From a virus (taxonomy: Duplodnaviria; Caudoviricetes): 64,000 nt of DNA. The notes beneath the pieces are model-generated. The model had not been told where the DNA came from. It made no database searches and worked only from the letters and a program-made list of their open reading frames with translations. The stretch lies in IMG/VR virus record IMGVR_UViG_3300010352_001543; one strand, given 5' to 3'. The position numbers were made by a program, and so were the translations under genes. Shown here piece by piece: positions 19,848 through 29,046 of this stretch (positions within the stretch are counted from its first letter, which is position 1; every line of letters begins with the position of its first letter).

Positions 19848-22800
19848 TTAATAAACCTGTATAAACGATTTCTTCTCTATCGTTTTGTTAAAAGTCTTGC
19901 CTATGATTTCCAATTTAATTGAATAATAACTTTGTTCCTTGAACATCCAATCGATATGTTTGTTGGTTGTTTTTAATAGTTGTTTTTTAGTTATCTCATC
20001 AGTCAACGTCCAAACAAATCGGATGTCCTGAGAATTCATTGTCTCGTCTTCAATTAAATTTAATTTTCCGTTTTCATATTTTTGTTTTATCAAATCATCG
20101 TCATATTGCTTGTTGGTATAAACAAAAAATACTGTTGTTCCTTTTGGAACTTGGAAATTTTTTGATTGGATAAAAGTATCAGCTATGGTAAAACTTCCAG
20201 AATGTTGAAGTTGAAATCTATTTATATTTTCAGGTGTTATTCCATCTGTTAGTTCCTTTGCTCCAAGAGCAAACCTGTTCCAATCAGCTGGATGATTTGG
20301 ACCACTAAAACTATATTTCTCATAGAATGACCAATGATGATCCATTGGATATGTAGTAGATGAGCCGGAAATTAATTCATATTTTAAGTCAAAAAATACG
20401 CGCTCACCGAAATTCTTAGCGATTGCTACTATCGAACTTACTCCGTTTTGAATATAATCAAAATTAGAAAGTGGTCCGTTCTGTAAACCATTAAGAATCT
20501 TAGTGAACTGTGAATACTTCCATTCTTTTTCTTGATCCGTAATTAACTCAGGTGCATCAATGTCTAACAATTGCTCAACCGGGAACCTATCAAGATGAAA
20601 TTCAAAACGTTCATTGTTAATTATGATAGTAGCCGGTTTAGTAACTACCAAATTATCCAATTCAAGGTAAGATGTTCCCATGTTTTCAATATTGGTCAAC
20701 TCAAAACCAAAGAGTGTATCGTTTCTGTAATCTAACATATCAGAAGTTTGATGATATAGATCATCAATAGTTAATCCTTCTAAGCTATCAATAGTTATAC
20801 TATCCACTTTGGTCGATTGTAATGCCCAATCAAGATCATATTCTGGATTCCATATAATTTTCCAATTAGTATCAATCTTGTTCATTATCTCGTTTTGATA
20901 GATTTTAATTTTTGTCTGGTTACTATCAGGAAGATATTCAATATTATATTCAGTGTCGAATCCATTTGTTTGACTAAGAGGACAAACAAACCATCCACTA
21001 TGAATTCCAAAATCAGCTTTGTATTTCAGGTCATTTAATTTAGCTTGTTGAACAAGCGCCAAATGATAAACTGGTTCAACCTTGATTCGTCTGATCTGAT
21101 TTAATGACCGGGTTGATGCAAATTTTTCATATTGTCTTTCTGTTGGTTCCGGATAATCTTCGATAACTGTTACTTCTTTAACTCTTGTCTCAATTAACTT
21201 TTCTTTTATCCTAATTATTCTCCACTTAGAACGATTATATTCATATCCATTTTCATCATAAAGAGTTTCAACAGTGGTAAGATTTGTTATGTTGTTATGT
21301 TCCACCGGTAAGAAAGACAAACTTCCATCGTCATTGATATAAATTTTAATTATATTATTTATGTAATCTTTTACAAGCTCGGTAATTATGAAACGTTTTT
21401 CTCTTTGATAGAATTCTTCATACAAGAAAATGTTCATTCCAGGTATTACATTGTCTGGAAATTTTTCAAACTGGTTATGAAAGTCAGGTGAATTCAAATT
21501 AAGTATGATACATTTGTTAGTATCATCAATTGAAAAATCAGTAAAAATATGGTCCTCATAAATAGAAATATGTTCACCTATTTTAGGAATATAGTTGGTC
21601 TGAATATCAAAAACATTATATGAATCGGACTTTACTACCTCCACAAATTCAGCATTGTAAACATCCTTACTGTCTCTGGCGACCACTACAACGTCTCTGA
21701 ACCACTTGGCTTTGTTTTCTATCCAATCATTATAAAAACTTTTACCTTCAACATATATTTCATTTTTTCCAATCGTTATTATTTCAGTTGTTTTATTTCC
21801 AATGTTAGCAAATTCTTGCTCAGCATAATAAATGTAGTTGAGTTCATCTAAGGAAATATTCAGGTCATCTATCTCGGAAACAAGAGGACAATATTTAACG
21901 GTGTCCAGTGTTCCGGTCCATTCATCAATAGTTGTTTCTTCCATATAAACAGGATCGTCATCAACCACGAATTGCCCGAATGCAATTATGTCATCTTGTA
22001 CCGATACTACTTCAATATATTTTTCCTTGTATGTAACATTAGGAAAATTATTTCGGTCAATGAAAGTTAATTTAACGTCATAGAACCCAACATAAGGTAA
22101 GAAAAGAATTATAGTCTTCAATTTTTCAAAGGTTCCTGTTATCTTATAGCAAAAATCAATCGTTGGATCATTATGTCTTATTAACCAAGTAACTTCTTGT
22201 TGACTCTTGTTGGTGACATCGTCAAGTGTACCTGATTTCGGATAATCAAGTTCTGCTACTCGTTCTGAAAATAATTCAATTCGGTGTTCCAAAATTGGAT
22301 TAGTTACAGTGACTGCATCCGACTCTCCATCGTTAAATCCGGATTCTCTTGTACCATCCAGAACTGGATTTTTCTCTATATCATAAGTTAATTTGTTTTG
22401 AACGATGTACGGTTGAGCTTCATCCCATGTCAAAGTTAAATCATCTAAGGTAAGTTCTTTGTAATCGATTACCAATTTAACTGGATGACCAAATAGTTTT
22501 TGGTTTTTAAAAGAAGAAACGTCAGCCGACCAATCAAAATAATTTTCAGCGCTTCTGTGACGACAAACATTTGTGTTTACTATACAGTCAGTGATGACAT
22601 TATATGCCTGTTGATATACTGGTATTTTTTCCTTAATTGTTTCAAAATCAAGTTCAGCATCGAAAGGGAAGTCCAGTTGATACGAATCCGAAAACTCTGC
22701 TAAGATATTACTTTTGAAATCAGCAAGTGTTTTATTATTAGCTACTAACTCTTTAAATGTTTTTTCAAACGTCAGGTCCTTGTTTAGGTCATGTTGGTAT

Positions 22801-24545
22801 TCATTTAATAATTTTCTTAGGTTCTTCAACTCTCCTTTTCGAGGGTAGCCGGTGAAATTAATAGTATTGTCAAAATCAAGACGGATGATAGGAGTCTGTT
22901 CATTCCATACATTCAAATTATACTTAGCAAAATAAATTCCTTCTGCTGTTATGTCAACTATACGAACATGATGGGCAGTGAAATACTTATGAAGAAATTC
23001 TCTCATTCCAAATAACTTTATGGATATTTCTTCGGGTGTAAATTGAGAAGTTGTTTCAAGAATAGGGAAACCATCAGAATCGTATTCACCTGACCATTGC
23101 ATCAAGTCAAAAATTAGACCAAACCGGGAAGTTTTTCTCCAGTCAGGATCTTGAACAATCTTTCCAAACTTCTGTTCATTGAATGACTGAGTTGTTGAAT
23201 AGTCTATGGTGTCCGGAACTTCTATAGTCGAATAGTAAATTTGTTTAGCTTCTGGATTGGTTTTCTTTATGTTGTAGAAATATTCTTTTAGACGAATATT
23301 AGAGTAACCAATCCAATCAAGTGCCGCTCTAAATGAACGGTAAGAACCAAAGTATTGATAAATCTCATCAGACAAAAGAATTAATTCTTTTCTCTTTTCG
23401 TTTATCTTTATCCAGTTCGGATTGTCTTCTTCAATGTCAATGTCCTTCAGAATATAAAAATCTTCGGTGTCTATTCTTCTTCCGAAATTTTCAAGTATTG
23501 TTTTGAGACCGGTGTTTTCTCCAATGACTTCTGCTTGAAAATTGATCTCAGCAAACTTATATGAATTACTGATCCAATCAATAGTTCCGTTCGTTTCTAT
23601 TTGGTTTCTTTTGATTATGAAAACTTCTAATTTTCGATGGAACAATCCTTCAGTATCAGAAGTAATAGCAAAATTAAGAACAAGCGGATCCTGTGAAATT
23701 TCTTCATTCGGATCATCAAACATTCTTGTCTCATTTGAGCCGGAGACAGTTGTTGGGTTTGATGTCGGCTGAAGGTCATAAAGAGGAAAAATGTACTGCC
23801 AGAATGGATTATTGTCATCTATAGACAGAAAATCATCATAGAGTGGAACAAAATTTAAAAAAGGTTTTGGTGTATCAATACAAGACTGTTTCTTTCCATC
23901 TCTTTCATAGTACGATAAATTTTGTTGGTCTATGAGAAAAGGAAATATCTTGTTTGCTACTTCCGGGTCATCCTCATCCATCCAGTGAAAGTAAAGATAT
24001 ACTAACTCATCTTTAGCAGGATCGTAATTGGCGAAAGGACGTGCTAATTTAGAAACATAATTTTGATATGTTAACTGTCTCTTCTCAATATTTTGGGTAT
24101 ACTCTTTTAAGTAGGCTTCGCCACTATAAGTAATATTATAGTAAACAGTCTTGACCATATCATCAGAGTATGAATAATACTTATCAATATATGTATTGTT
24201 AGATATTAAAAAATTATCTATATTGTCTTCAGTATCAACTATTCTATTGAAAAGAAGACAAACATCATTATATGTTCGTTTGCTTTCAATATTATCATAA
24301 AACTTCAAGTAGTTTAGTACATTGATAAGTAAATTCTCCGGCTGTTCCAGTTGTTGGTCGGTAGCGGTGAATTGAATGTTCTTGTTCTTCTGAAGTACCT
24401 CCTCCAGAATGTAAAGTTGTTGCACTTCAAATAAATCAGTTGATACTCGATCAAATGATAAATTAAACTCAAAGAAATTTCCATTGAACTTTGGTTGAAT
24501 GGAATTTCCTTGTTTGTTGAAAAATCGAAACTGATTTATTGACAT
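19848..24545 (-). CDS. Very large putative baseplate wedge/virion protein
   Basis: 1565 aa; GSYRSFRAALDWIGY resembles the wedge-protein G[ST]xxxxxxxxxxxG motif; PKD-like segment (GFYDVKL). Confidence 0.6.
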   Translation of the reverse strand: MSINQFRFFNKQGNSIQPKFNGNFFEFNLSFDRVSTDLFEVQQLYILEEVLQKNKNIQFTATDQQLEQPENLLINVLNYLKFYDNIESKRTYNDVCLLFNRIVDTEDNIDNFLISNNTYIDKYYSYSDDMVKTVYYNITYSGEAYLKEYTQNIEKRQLTYQNYVSKLARPFANYDPAKDELVYLYFHWMDEDDPEVANKIFPFLIDQQNLSYYERDGKKQSCIDTPKPFLNFVPLYDDFLSIDDNNPFWQYIFPLYDLQPTSNPTTVSGSNETRMFDDPNEEISQDPLVLNFAITSDTEGLFHRKLEVFIIKRNQIETNGTIDWISNSYKFAEINFQAEVIGENTGLKTILENFGRRIDTEDFYILKDIDIEEDNPNWIKINEKRKELILLSDEIYQYFGSYRSFRAALDWIGYSNIRLKEYFYNIKKTNPEAKQIYYSTIEVPDTIDYSTTQSFNEQKFGKIVQDPDWRKTSRFGLIFDLMQWSGEYDSDGFPILETTSQFTPEEISIKLFGMREFLHKYFTAHHVRIVDITAEGIYFAKYNLNVWNEQTPIIRLDFDNTINFTGYPRKGELKNLRKLLNEYQHDLNKDLTFEKTFKELVANNKTLADFKSNILAEFSDSYQLDFPFDAELDFETIKEKIPVYQQAYNVITDCIVNTNVCRHRSAENYFDWSADVSSFKNQKLFGHPVKLVIDYKELTLDDLTLTWDEAQPYIVQNKLTYDIEKNPVLDGTRESGFNDGESDAVTVTNPILEHRIELFSERVAELDYPKSGTLDDVTNKSQQEVTWLIRHNDPTIDFCYKITGTFEKLKTIILFLPYVGFYDVKLTFIDRNNFPNVTYKEKYIEVVSVQDDIIAFGQFVVDDDPVYMEETTIDEWTGTLDTVKYCPLVSEIDDLNISLDELNYIYYAEQEFANIGNKTTEIITIGKNEIYVEGKSFYNDWIENKAKWFRDVVVVARDSKDVYNAEFVEVVKSDSYNVFDIQTNYIPKIGEHISIYEDHIFTDFSIDDTNKCIILNLNSPDFHNQFEKFPDNVIPGMNIFLYEEFYQREKRFIITELVKDYINNIIKIYINDDGSLSFLPVEHNNITNLTTVETLYDENGYEYNRSKWRIIRIKEKLIETRVKEVTVIEDYPEPTERQYEKFASTRSLNQIRRIKVEPVYHLALVQQAKLNDLKYKADFGIHSGWFVCPLSQTNGFDTEYNIEYLPDSNQTKIKIYQNEIMNKIDTNWKIIWNPEYDLDWALQSTKVDSITIDSLEGLTIDDLYHQTSDMLDYRNDTLFGFELTNIENMGTSYLELDNLVVTKPATIIINNERFEFHLDRFPVEQLLDIDAPELITDQEKEWKYSQFTKILNGLQNGPLSNFDYIQNGVSSIVAIAKNFGERVFFDLKYELISGSSTTYPMDHHWSFYEKYSFSGPNHPADWNRFALGAKELTDGITPENINRFQLQHSGSFTIADTFIQSKNFQVPKGTTVFFVYTNKQYDDDLIKQKYENGKLNLIEDETMNSQDIRFVWTLTDEITKKQLLKTTNKHIDWMFKEQSYYSIKLEIIGKTFNKTIEKKSFIQVY

Positions 24546-24549
24546 GTTT

Positions 24550-24981
24550 TTAATATTCAGATTTTATATGTTTATACAACTCTAACAGTCCTTCAACAAT
24601 TCCAGCTTCCATGCCACTATTTATTTCGAAGTTATCTACAGGAACATATTTTTTAATTATATTAGGTTCAATTTTAATTGGTTCATTTTCTATAGTGATT
24701 ATACAATTAATTTTTTCACCTATTTCCATCCAAAATGATAACATATCTCTTTTAGTTCCGTTTTTAAAATAAAGATACATTTCCATTTCATAGCCATCGA
24801 ATTTTATGGTATCATAAGTGACTGAAATTTCTGTTGGTTTAGGTGCATATTTAAATTTGAAATTTGAAATTAATTTTTTTATTTCTTCTTTCATATTTTT
24901 ATCAGCTACCGTTATAAGAGCTTCATTCAAATGTTTATTTTCATTCATAAAACTATCGTAATCTTTTACAATTTTTTTCAT
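24550..24981 (-). CDS. Leader-tagged protein (Y-x-x-KP subfamily)
   Basis: MKKIVKDYDSFMNENKHLNEA leader; body similar to 28145..28585. Confidence 0.7.
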   Translation of the reverse strand: MKKIVKDYDSFMNENKHLNEALITVADKNMKEEIKKLISNFKFKYAPKPTEISVTYDTIKFDGYEMEMYLYFKNGTKRDMLSFWMEIGEKINCIITIENEPIKIEPNIIKKYVPVDNFEINSGMEAGIVEGLLELYKHIKSEY

Positions 24982-25000
24982 AATTTATTTCTTTTTATTT

Positions 25001-25390
25001 TTAGATATGTTTGGAAATAATATTGTTTGCTTTCGTTATTATTTCCAAATGATCTAATTCATCATTATAATATGTCTCGAAATATTTTTCTGTGTCACTT
25101 GAAAATTTATTTTTGTTAGGTTTAAAATTAGGAAATGACATATAAGACGAAAGCACATTACTGTAAAAATCTTGAACCTCATCATCCAATTCAATTTCTA
25201 ATGAAGCGTAGTTTTTCTTTACTTCATCAGGATCCATTCCTTTAAATTTGTTTGATAGCTTATCAATTGTTTTAATTAATTCATTCACTGCCTTGATATC
25301 AATGGATGACCAAATAAAATTATCATCTTCAGTTCTTTTTTGAATTGCTTCATTTAGAAATTCATTAAATTTCATCACAAATTTTTTCAT
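25001..25390 (-). CDS. Leader-tagged small protein
   Basis: MKKFVMKFNEFLNEA leader. Confidence 0.7.
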   Translation of the reverse strand: MKKFVMKFNEFLNEAIQKRTEDDNFIWSSIDIKAVNELIKTIDKLSNKFKGMDPDEVKKNYASLEIELDDEVQDFYSNVLSSYMSFPNFKPNKNKFSSDTEKYFETYYNDELDHLEIITKANNIISKHI

Positions 25391-25407
25391 TTCTTTTCTT
25401 TCTTTTT

Positions 25408-25731
25408 TTAATTAAATTTAGTATAGTCTTGGTCAATTATATAATTGAATGTTTTCTTTATTCGTTTTATATCATCCACCGACTTAACCCAAATACGGTC
25501 CATCATATTAATAATTGATGCTCTTTTAGTTTCAAGATAAAATACAGATGAAATTACCTTAGAGAAAATTCCTTTCCTTTTATAGTCATATCCAGTATGT
25601 TTGATGTTGTCCTGAGTGTGTTCAAGAATAGACCATTTACTTTTCTCGTCATACTCCGAATACGGATTCAGTACAACATCATATTGGTTGTTGGAAAGGT
25701 TTTGTTTATTTAGATCAATTGTGGTATCCAT
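25408..25731 (-). CDS. Hypothetical protein
   Basis: 107-aa ORF in the operon. Confidence 0.6.
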   Translation of the reverse strand: MDTTIDLNKQNLSNNQYDVVLNPYSEYDEKSKWSILEHTQDNIKHTGYDYKRKGIFSKVISSVFYLETKRASIINMMDRIWVKSVDDIKRIKKTFNYIIDQDYTKFN

Positions 25732-25806
25732 CTATTTCTCTTTTACTAATTTAAATCTATTTTGCTGGAACATGAAATAAGTTCCGAAATATTGTTCTTT
25801 GGTCAT

Positions 25807-26433
25807 TCATGGCTGTTCGTATTTCAAACCTACTAAACCACGAATTGATAAAATTCCAAGAGGACTGAATATTTGTCGTTGTCTCTTGAAAACACCTCCA
25901 CCGTTTGCTTGACTTCCAGTTGTTCCAGAAGAAGTGTTGAATTCAATTGTTACTATCCATCCTGCTTCACCTACTGCTACTATTCTTCCAATATGCCCCG
26001 AACTTGCATCTTTTCTACTTCTCCAAATAATCAGATCATTTACTTGAGGAACAAAGTCTGTTTTCTTTCCAATTTGTTTTGCTCTAATGAACCAGTACTG
26101 TGAACTTGCACAAGAACGTGCAACAAAAGGAATTTCTATTTTTGGACTTTTGTTGAGTTCAAGAGCTGCCCTACTAAGACAATAATACTGTCCTGCTCCA
26201 CAATATTTAATCGGCGAATGTAGTCCAACTGATGCTATGTAATCAATTACTTTTCCGCCCCAGTTTGGTTGTTTTTCAACCGTTCCTACTTGTTCATAAA
26301 GTATTTGATTGGAAAGTAATACAATTTCTCTATCAATCGGAACCTCATAACGGGCAACTAATGTTTTACCTGAAGAAAGTTGAATTGATAGAGAAATTAG
26401 AAGGAATGTTAAAATGAATTTTATAGTTTTCAC
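25807..26433 (-). CDS. CHAP-domain peptidoglycan hydrolase with an N-terminal signal peptide (endolysin candidate)
   Basis: MKTIKFILTFLLISLSIQLSSG signal; catalytic Cys in YCGAG, His in GHIG, TIEFNT. Confidence 0.75.
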   Translation of the reverse strand: MKTIKFILTFLLISLSIQLSSGKTLVARYEVPIDREIVLLSNQILYEQVGTVEKQPNWGGKVIDYIASVGLHSPIKYCGAGQYYCLSRAALELNKSPKIEIPFVARSCASSQYWFIRAKQIGKKTDFVPQVNDLIIWRSRKDASSGHIGRIVAVGEAGWIVTIEFNTSSGTTGSQANGGGVFKRQRQIFSPLGILSIRGLVGLKYEQP

Positions 26434-26444
26434 TTTTGGTTTAT

Positions 26445-27395
26445 TTATTTAAAATTAAACTCATAATCTGCATATAACATATAAATATCTAATAATTTAT
26501 TAACAAGATTAGAATTATCTATACGCTTATCGAAATATTTTTTGAATTGTTGTTCTTTCATATCTAAATAAGTAACTGTACTGACTTCGTCAGTGATGAT
26601 ATATAAATATCTGTTATTATGAACAGACGAAGTTATAATTTTCCCATTATCTAATTTAATGATTATATCATAATCATCAGGAGAATTGATAGTTCCTTTG
26701 GCGTGTTTTACTTTTACTCTTGGTGGTTTTGGTTGATAGTCAAAAGAATTTAATGTTTTAATTATAGCGTCTTCAGCTGCTTCATCTGTCGAAGTAATAG
26801 TTACGCTTTCATTGATATTATCATATGAACGGGATTCATTAGTTGGTTCGTTCGAAACTATTTTTTCAATCTTGTCTATTTCATCTGAAATGTATTTGAC
26901 TTGTTTTAATAGCTGATCTTCAATAACCTTCAATTTAGGTTTAATATCCGATCTACCATTGACAACAACAGTTTGTGTTTTTATATCCGCTAAAATATTT
27001 AAATTAGTTACTGTAAAACTCGAAGTTCCGCCACGTTCATCTTCAAAGTTTTCTTCGAACCAACTTGTAGGATAAATACTGACAGAATATAAATTAACGA
27101 TCCGGGAAAGATTGTTGAATAAATCCTCGCTAATCATGTCTTCAACTTCCCAAATTCTTTTGTGATCTTCTTTGGTGTTAAGTTGCATTTCCCATCCACC
27201 ATTAAAAGGTTGAACTTTTAATTTAAAAGATTTAAAAACTCCAATTTTTTCAAATTTCTTAAAAGCTGCTTCAAGTGGTTTTTGAATCTTAAATATGGTC
27301 GCTTTGATAGCATCTGACGCCATAGCGGATTCGTTTGATTCATTAACAAACGATTCATTTATGAATTCGTTGTATTTCATTATTTTCTCTTTCAT
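26445..27395 (-). CDS. Leader-tagged two-domain protein with an internal leader-like linker
   Basis: MKEKIMKYNEFINESFVNESNES leader; internal TNESRSYDNINES; C-terminal half similar to 28145..28585. Confidence 0.7.
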   Translation of the reverse strand: MKEKIMKYNEFINESFVNESNESAMASDAIKATIFKIQKPLEAAFKKFEKIGVFKSFKLKVQPFNGGWEMQLNTKEDHKRIWEVEDMISEDLFNNLSRIVNLYSVSIYPTSWFEENFEDERGGTSSFTVTNLNILADIKTQTVVVNGRSDIKPKLKVIEDQLLKQVKYISDEIDKIEKIVSNEPTNESRSYDNINESVTITSTDEAAEDAIIKTLNSFDYQPKPPRVKVKHAKGTINSPDDYDIIIKLDNGKIITSSVHNNRYLYIITDEVSTVTYLDMKEQQFKKYFDKRIDNSNLVNKLLDIYMLYADYEFNFK

Positions 27396-27420
27396 CTCAA
27401 TTGTTTTTTTAACGTCTTTT

Positions 27421-27807
27421 TTAATTGAATGCGAATCTACTTAAATAGATAGCATATACGGATAGTCCTACCATTATATGAACTGCCAAGAAGATTTTTC
27501 CCATCAAGGAAATAATTGCTTTCTTCTCTTCCGGTGAAAATTTTCCATCTCCATCAGTATCAAGTAATACTTTATTAAATTTTATATTGGTATAGAAAAA
27601 ATTCGAGAGTGTCGATAACAACAACGCAAGAACTTCAAATAGTACAATAATGTAAACTGTTTCTATTTCTTTGGTTGTTACTTTGAAAAGAAAATATACC
27701 AATGCTACAACCAGTGCAAGGACGGTATACCGGGAAACTGCATAAAAAGTATTGGATGTTTTAAACCAATTTTTTAACTTGTTCCAAATTTCTGTAATTT
27801 TATTCAT
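27421..27807 (-). CDS. Three-TM membrane protein with an EF-hand-like loop (holin candidate)
   Basis: Three hydrophobic helices; DTDGDGKFSPEE; likely start MNKITEIW at 27807. Confidence 0.55.
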   Translation of the reverse strand: MNKITEIWNKLKNWFKTSNTFYAVSRYTVLALVVALVYFLFKVTTKEIETVYIIVLFEVLALLLSTLSNFFYTNIKFNKVLLDTDGDGKFSPEEKKAIISLMGKIFLAVHIMVGLSVYAIYLSRFAFN

Positions 27808-27823
27808 TATTTGTTTTATATTT

Positions 27824-28135
27824 TTATTTATAATGATACCACAAATATTGTGGATTCTCATTTTTATATTTATTTAGACAATAATTCAGAGTGTTTCTGA
27901 ATTTATGTTCTTCTTTCTTATGGATTTTTAGATCACCAGTTATTTCATATTTCGCATTGCACCGAGCAACTTTGAAAGTCACTTGTTTATCTTTATTCAC
28001 ATATACTTTGATACAACCACGAATCTTTTCGAAATCTGTCATAAATGTAAACAGGTAAGACGGAGTAACTCCGCCTCCCTGGTTTACGAAAGTTTTTACG
28101 AGTAGTACTGCAAATATGTTAGGATCTTGTGCCAT
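27824..28135 (-). CDS. Hypothetical basic protein
   Basis: 103-aa ORF in the operon. Confidence 0.55.
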   Translation of the reverse strand: MAQDPNIFAVLLVKTFVNQGGGVTPSYLFTFMTDFEKIRGCIKVYVNKDKQVTFKVARCNAKYEITGDLKIHKKEEHKFRNTLNYCLNKYKNENPQYLWYHYK

Positions 28136-28144
28136 TGTTTAGTT

Positions 28145-28585
28145 TTATTTTGTTCCATCTAACCAGTGTTCGTAAAAACTAAGAACTATGTTTAGTATGT
28201 TTGAAGGTTCTACATTACTGAAATATTTTTTTAGTGTTTTGCTGTCTACCTTATAGTAAGTTTCCGTTCCGAATTTATTAGAAACAAAATAATTATATTT
28301 TCCTTTTGCACATACTGCTGAAATCCATTGATTGTTACTCATTTGTAATTCTATATCAAATTCATCTTCTGATTTAATATCAACATTCATTGAAGTGATA
28401 TATATTGGTTTTGATACATATCTCCAAGCATTTAGTTCTTGTTTTAATATAAGTTCTAAATTGTCTGCTTTTTCAATTGCTGGATCTACCTTCAGATTCA
28501 TTCCTTCATTCAAAGAATATCTACGGGATTCATTGGTTGATTCATTTATGAATTCATTATATTTTAATACTTTTTCTTTCATCAT
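28145..28585 (-). CDS. Leader-tagged protein (Y-x-x-KP subfamily)
   Basis: MKEKVLKYNEFINESTNESRRYSLNEG leader. Confidence 0.7.
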   Translation of the reverse strand: MMKEKVLKYNEFINESTNESRRYSLNEGMNLKVDPAIEKADNLELILKQELNAWRYVSKPIYITSMNVDIKSEDEFDIELQMSNNQWISAVCAKGKYNYFVSNKFGTETYYKVDSKTLKKYFSNVEPSNILNIVLSFYEHWLDGTK

Positions 28586-28603
28586 AGTTGTTTTTAATTT
28601 AAT

Positions 28604-29017
28604 TTATTTAGTAAAATAAGTTAAAGCATTTATATCTTTACCTTCTTCCAGTTTAGCAGCCATTTCTTTTAACAAGTCAGACATTTGTGACCAGCCAACA
28701 GGACCATTATTTTTCATGATGAATTTAGCTAACTTGATTGCTACATCGTTATAGCCTCTTGTTATGTAAGAGAAATCTTCGTCTAAAGATTCATTGGCTT
28801 CATTTCCAGGTTCATCCGGCCATTCTTTCTTAATTTCGCTAAAGAATTTCTTCTTTTCTGAATCGTCCAGTTCATCAGGTGAGTTGACATCATAGTCAGC
28901 CAATTTTTCTTTGAAGAACTTTTGGTATGCTTTTTGTTCCGCACTTAACTCTTCTTCATTTAAAGTGTTAATAAATTGGTCCCAATTTTTCACGTATTGT
29001 GTTTTCATAATTTTCAT
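28604..29017 (-). CDS. Putative prohead core-like protein with a leader variant
   Basis: Directly downstream of the portal gene; YQKFFKEKL...SPDEL...KKKFF..IKKEW motif recalled from T4-like head-region proteins; YVKNWDQFINTLNEE leader; own AAATATATA promoter at 29036..29044. Confidence 0.55.
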   Translation of the reverse strand: MKIMKTQYVKNWDQFINTLNEEELSAEQKAYQKFFKEKLADYDVNSPDELDDSEKKKFFSEIKKEWPDEPGNEANESLDEDFSYITRGYNDVAIKLAKFIMKNNGPVGWSQMSDLLKEMAAKLEEGKDINALTYFTK

Positions 29018-29046
29018 TTTATTTTATTTTTAATCTATATATTTCT

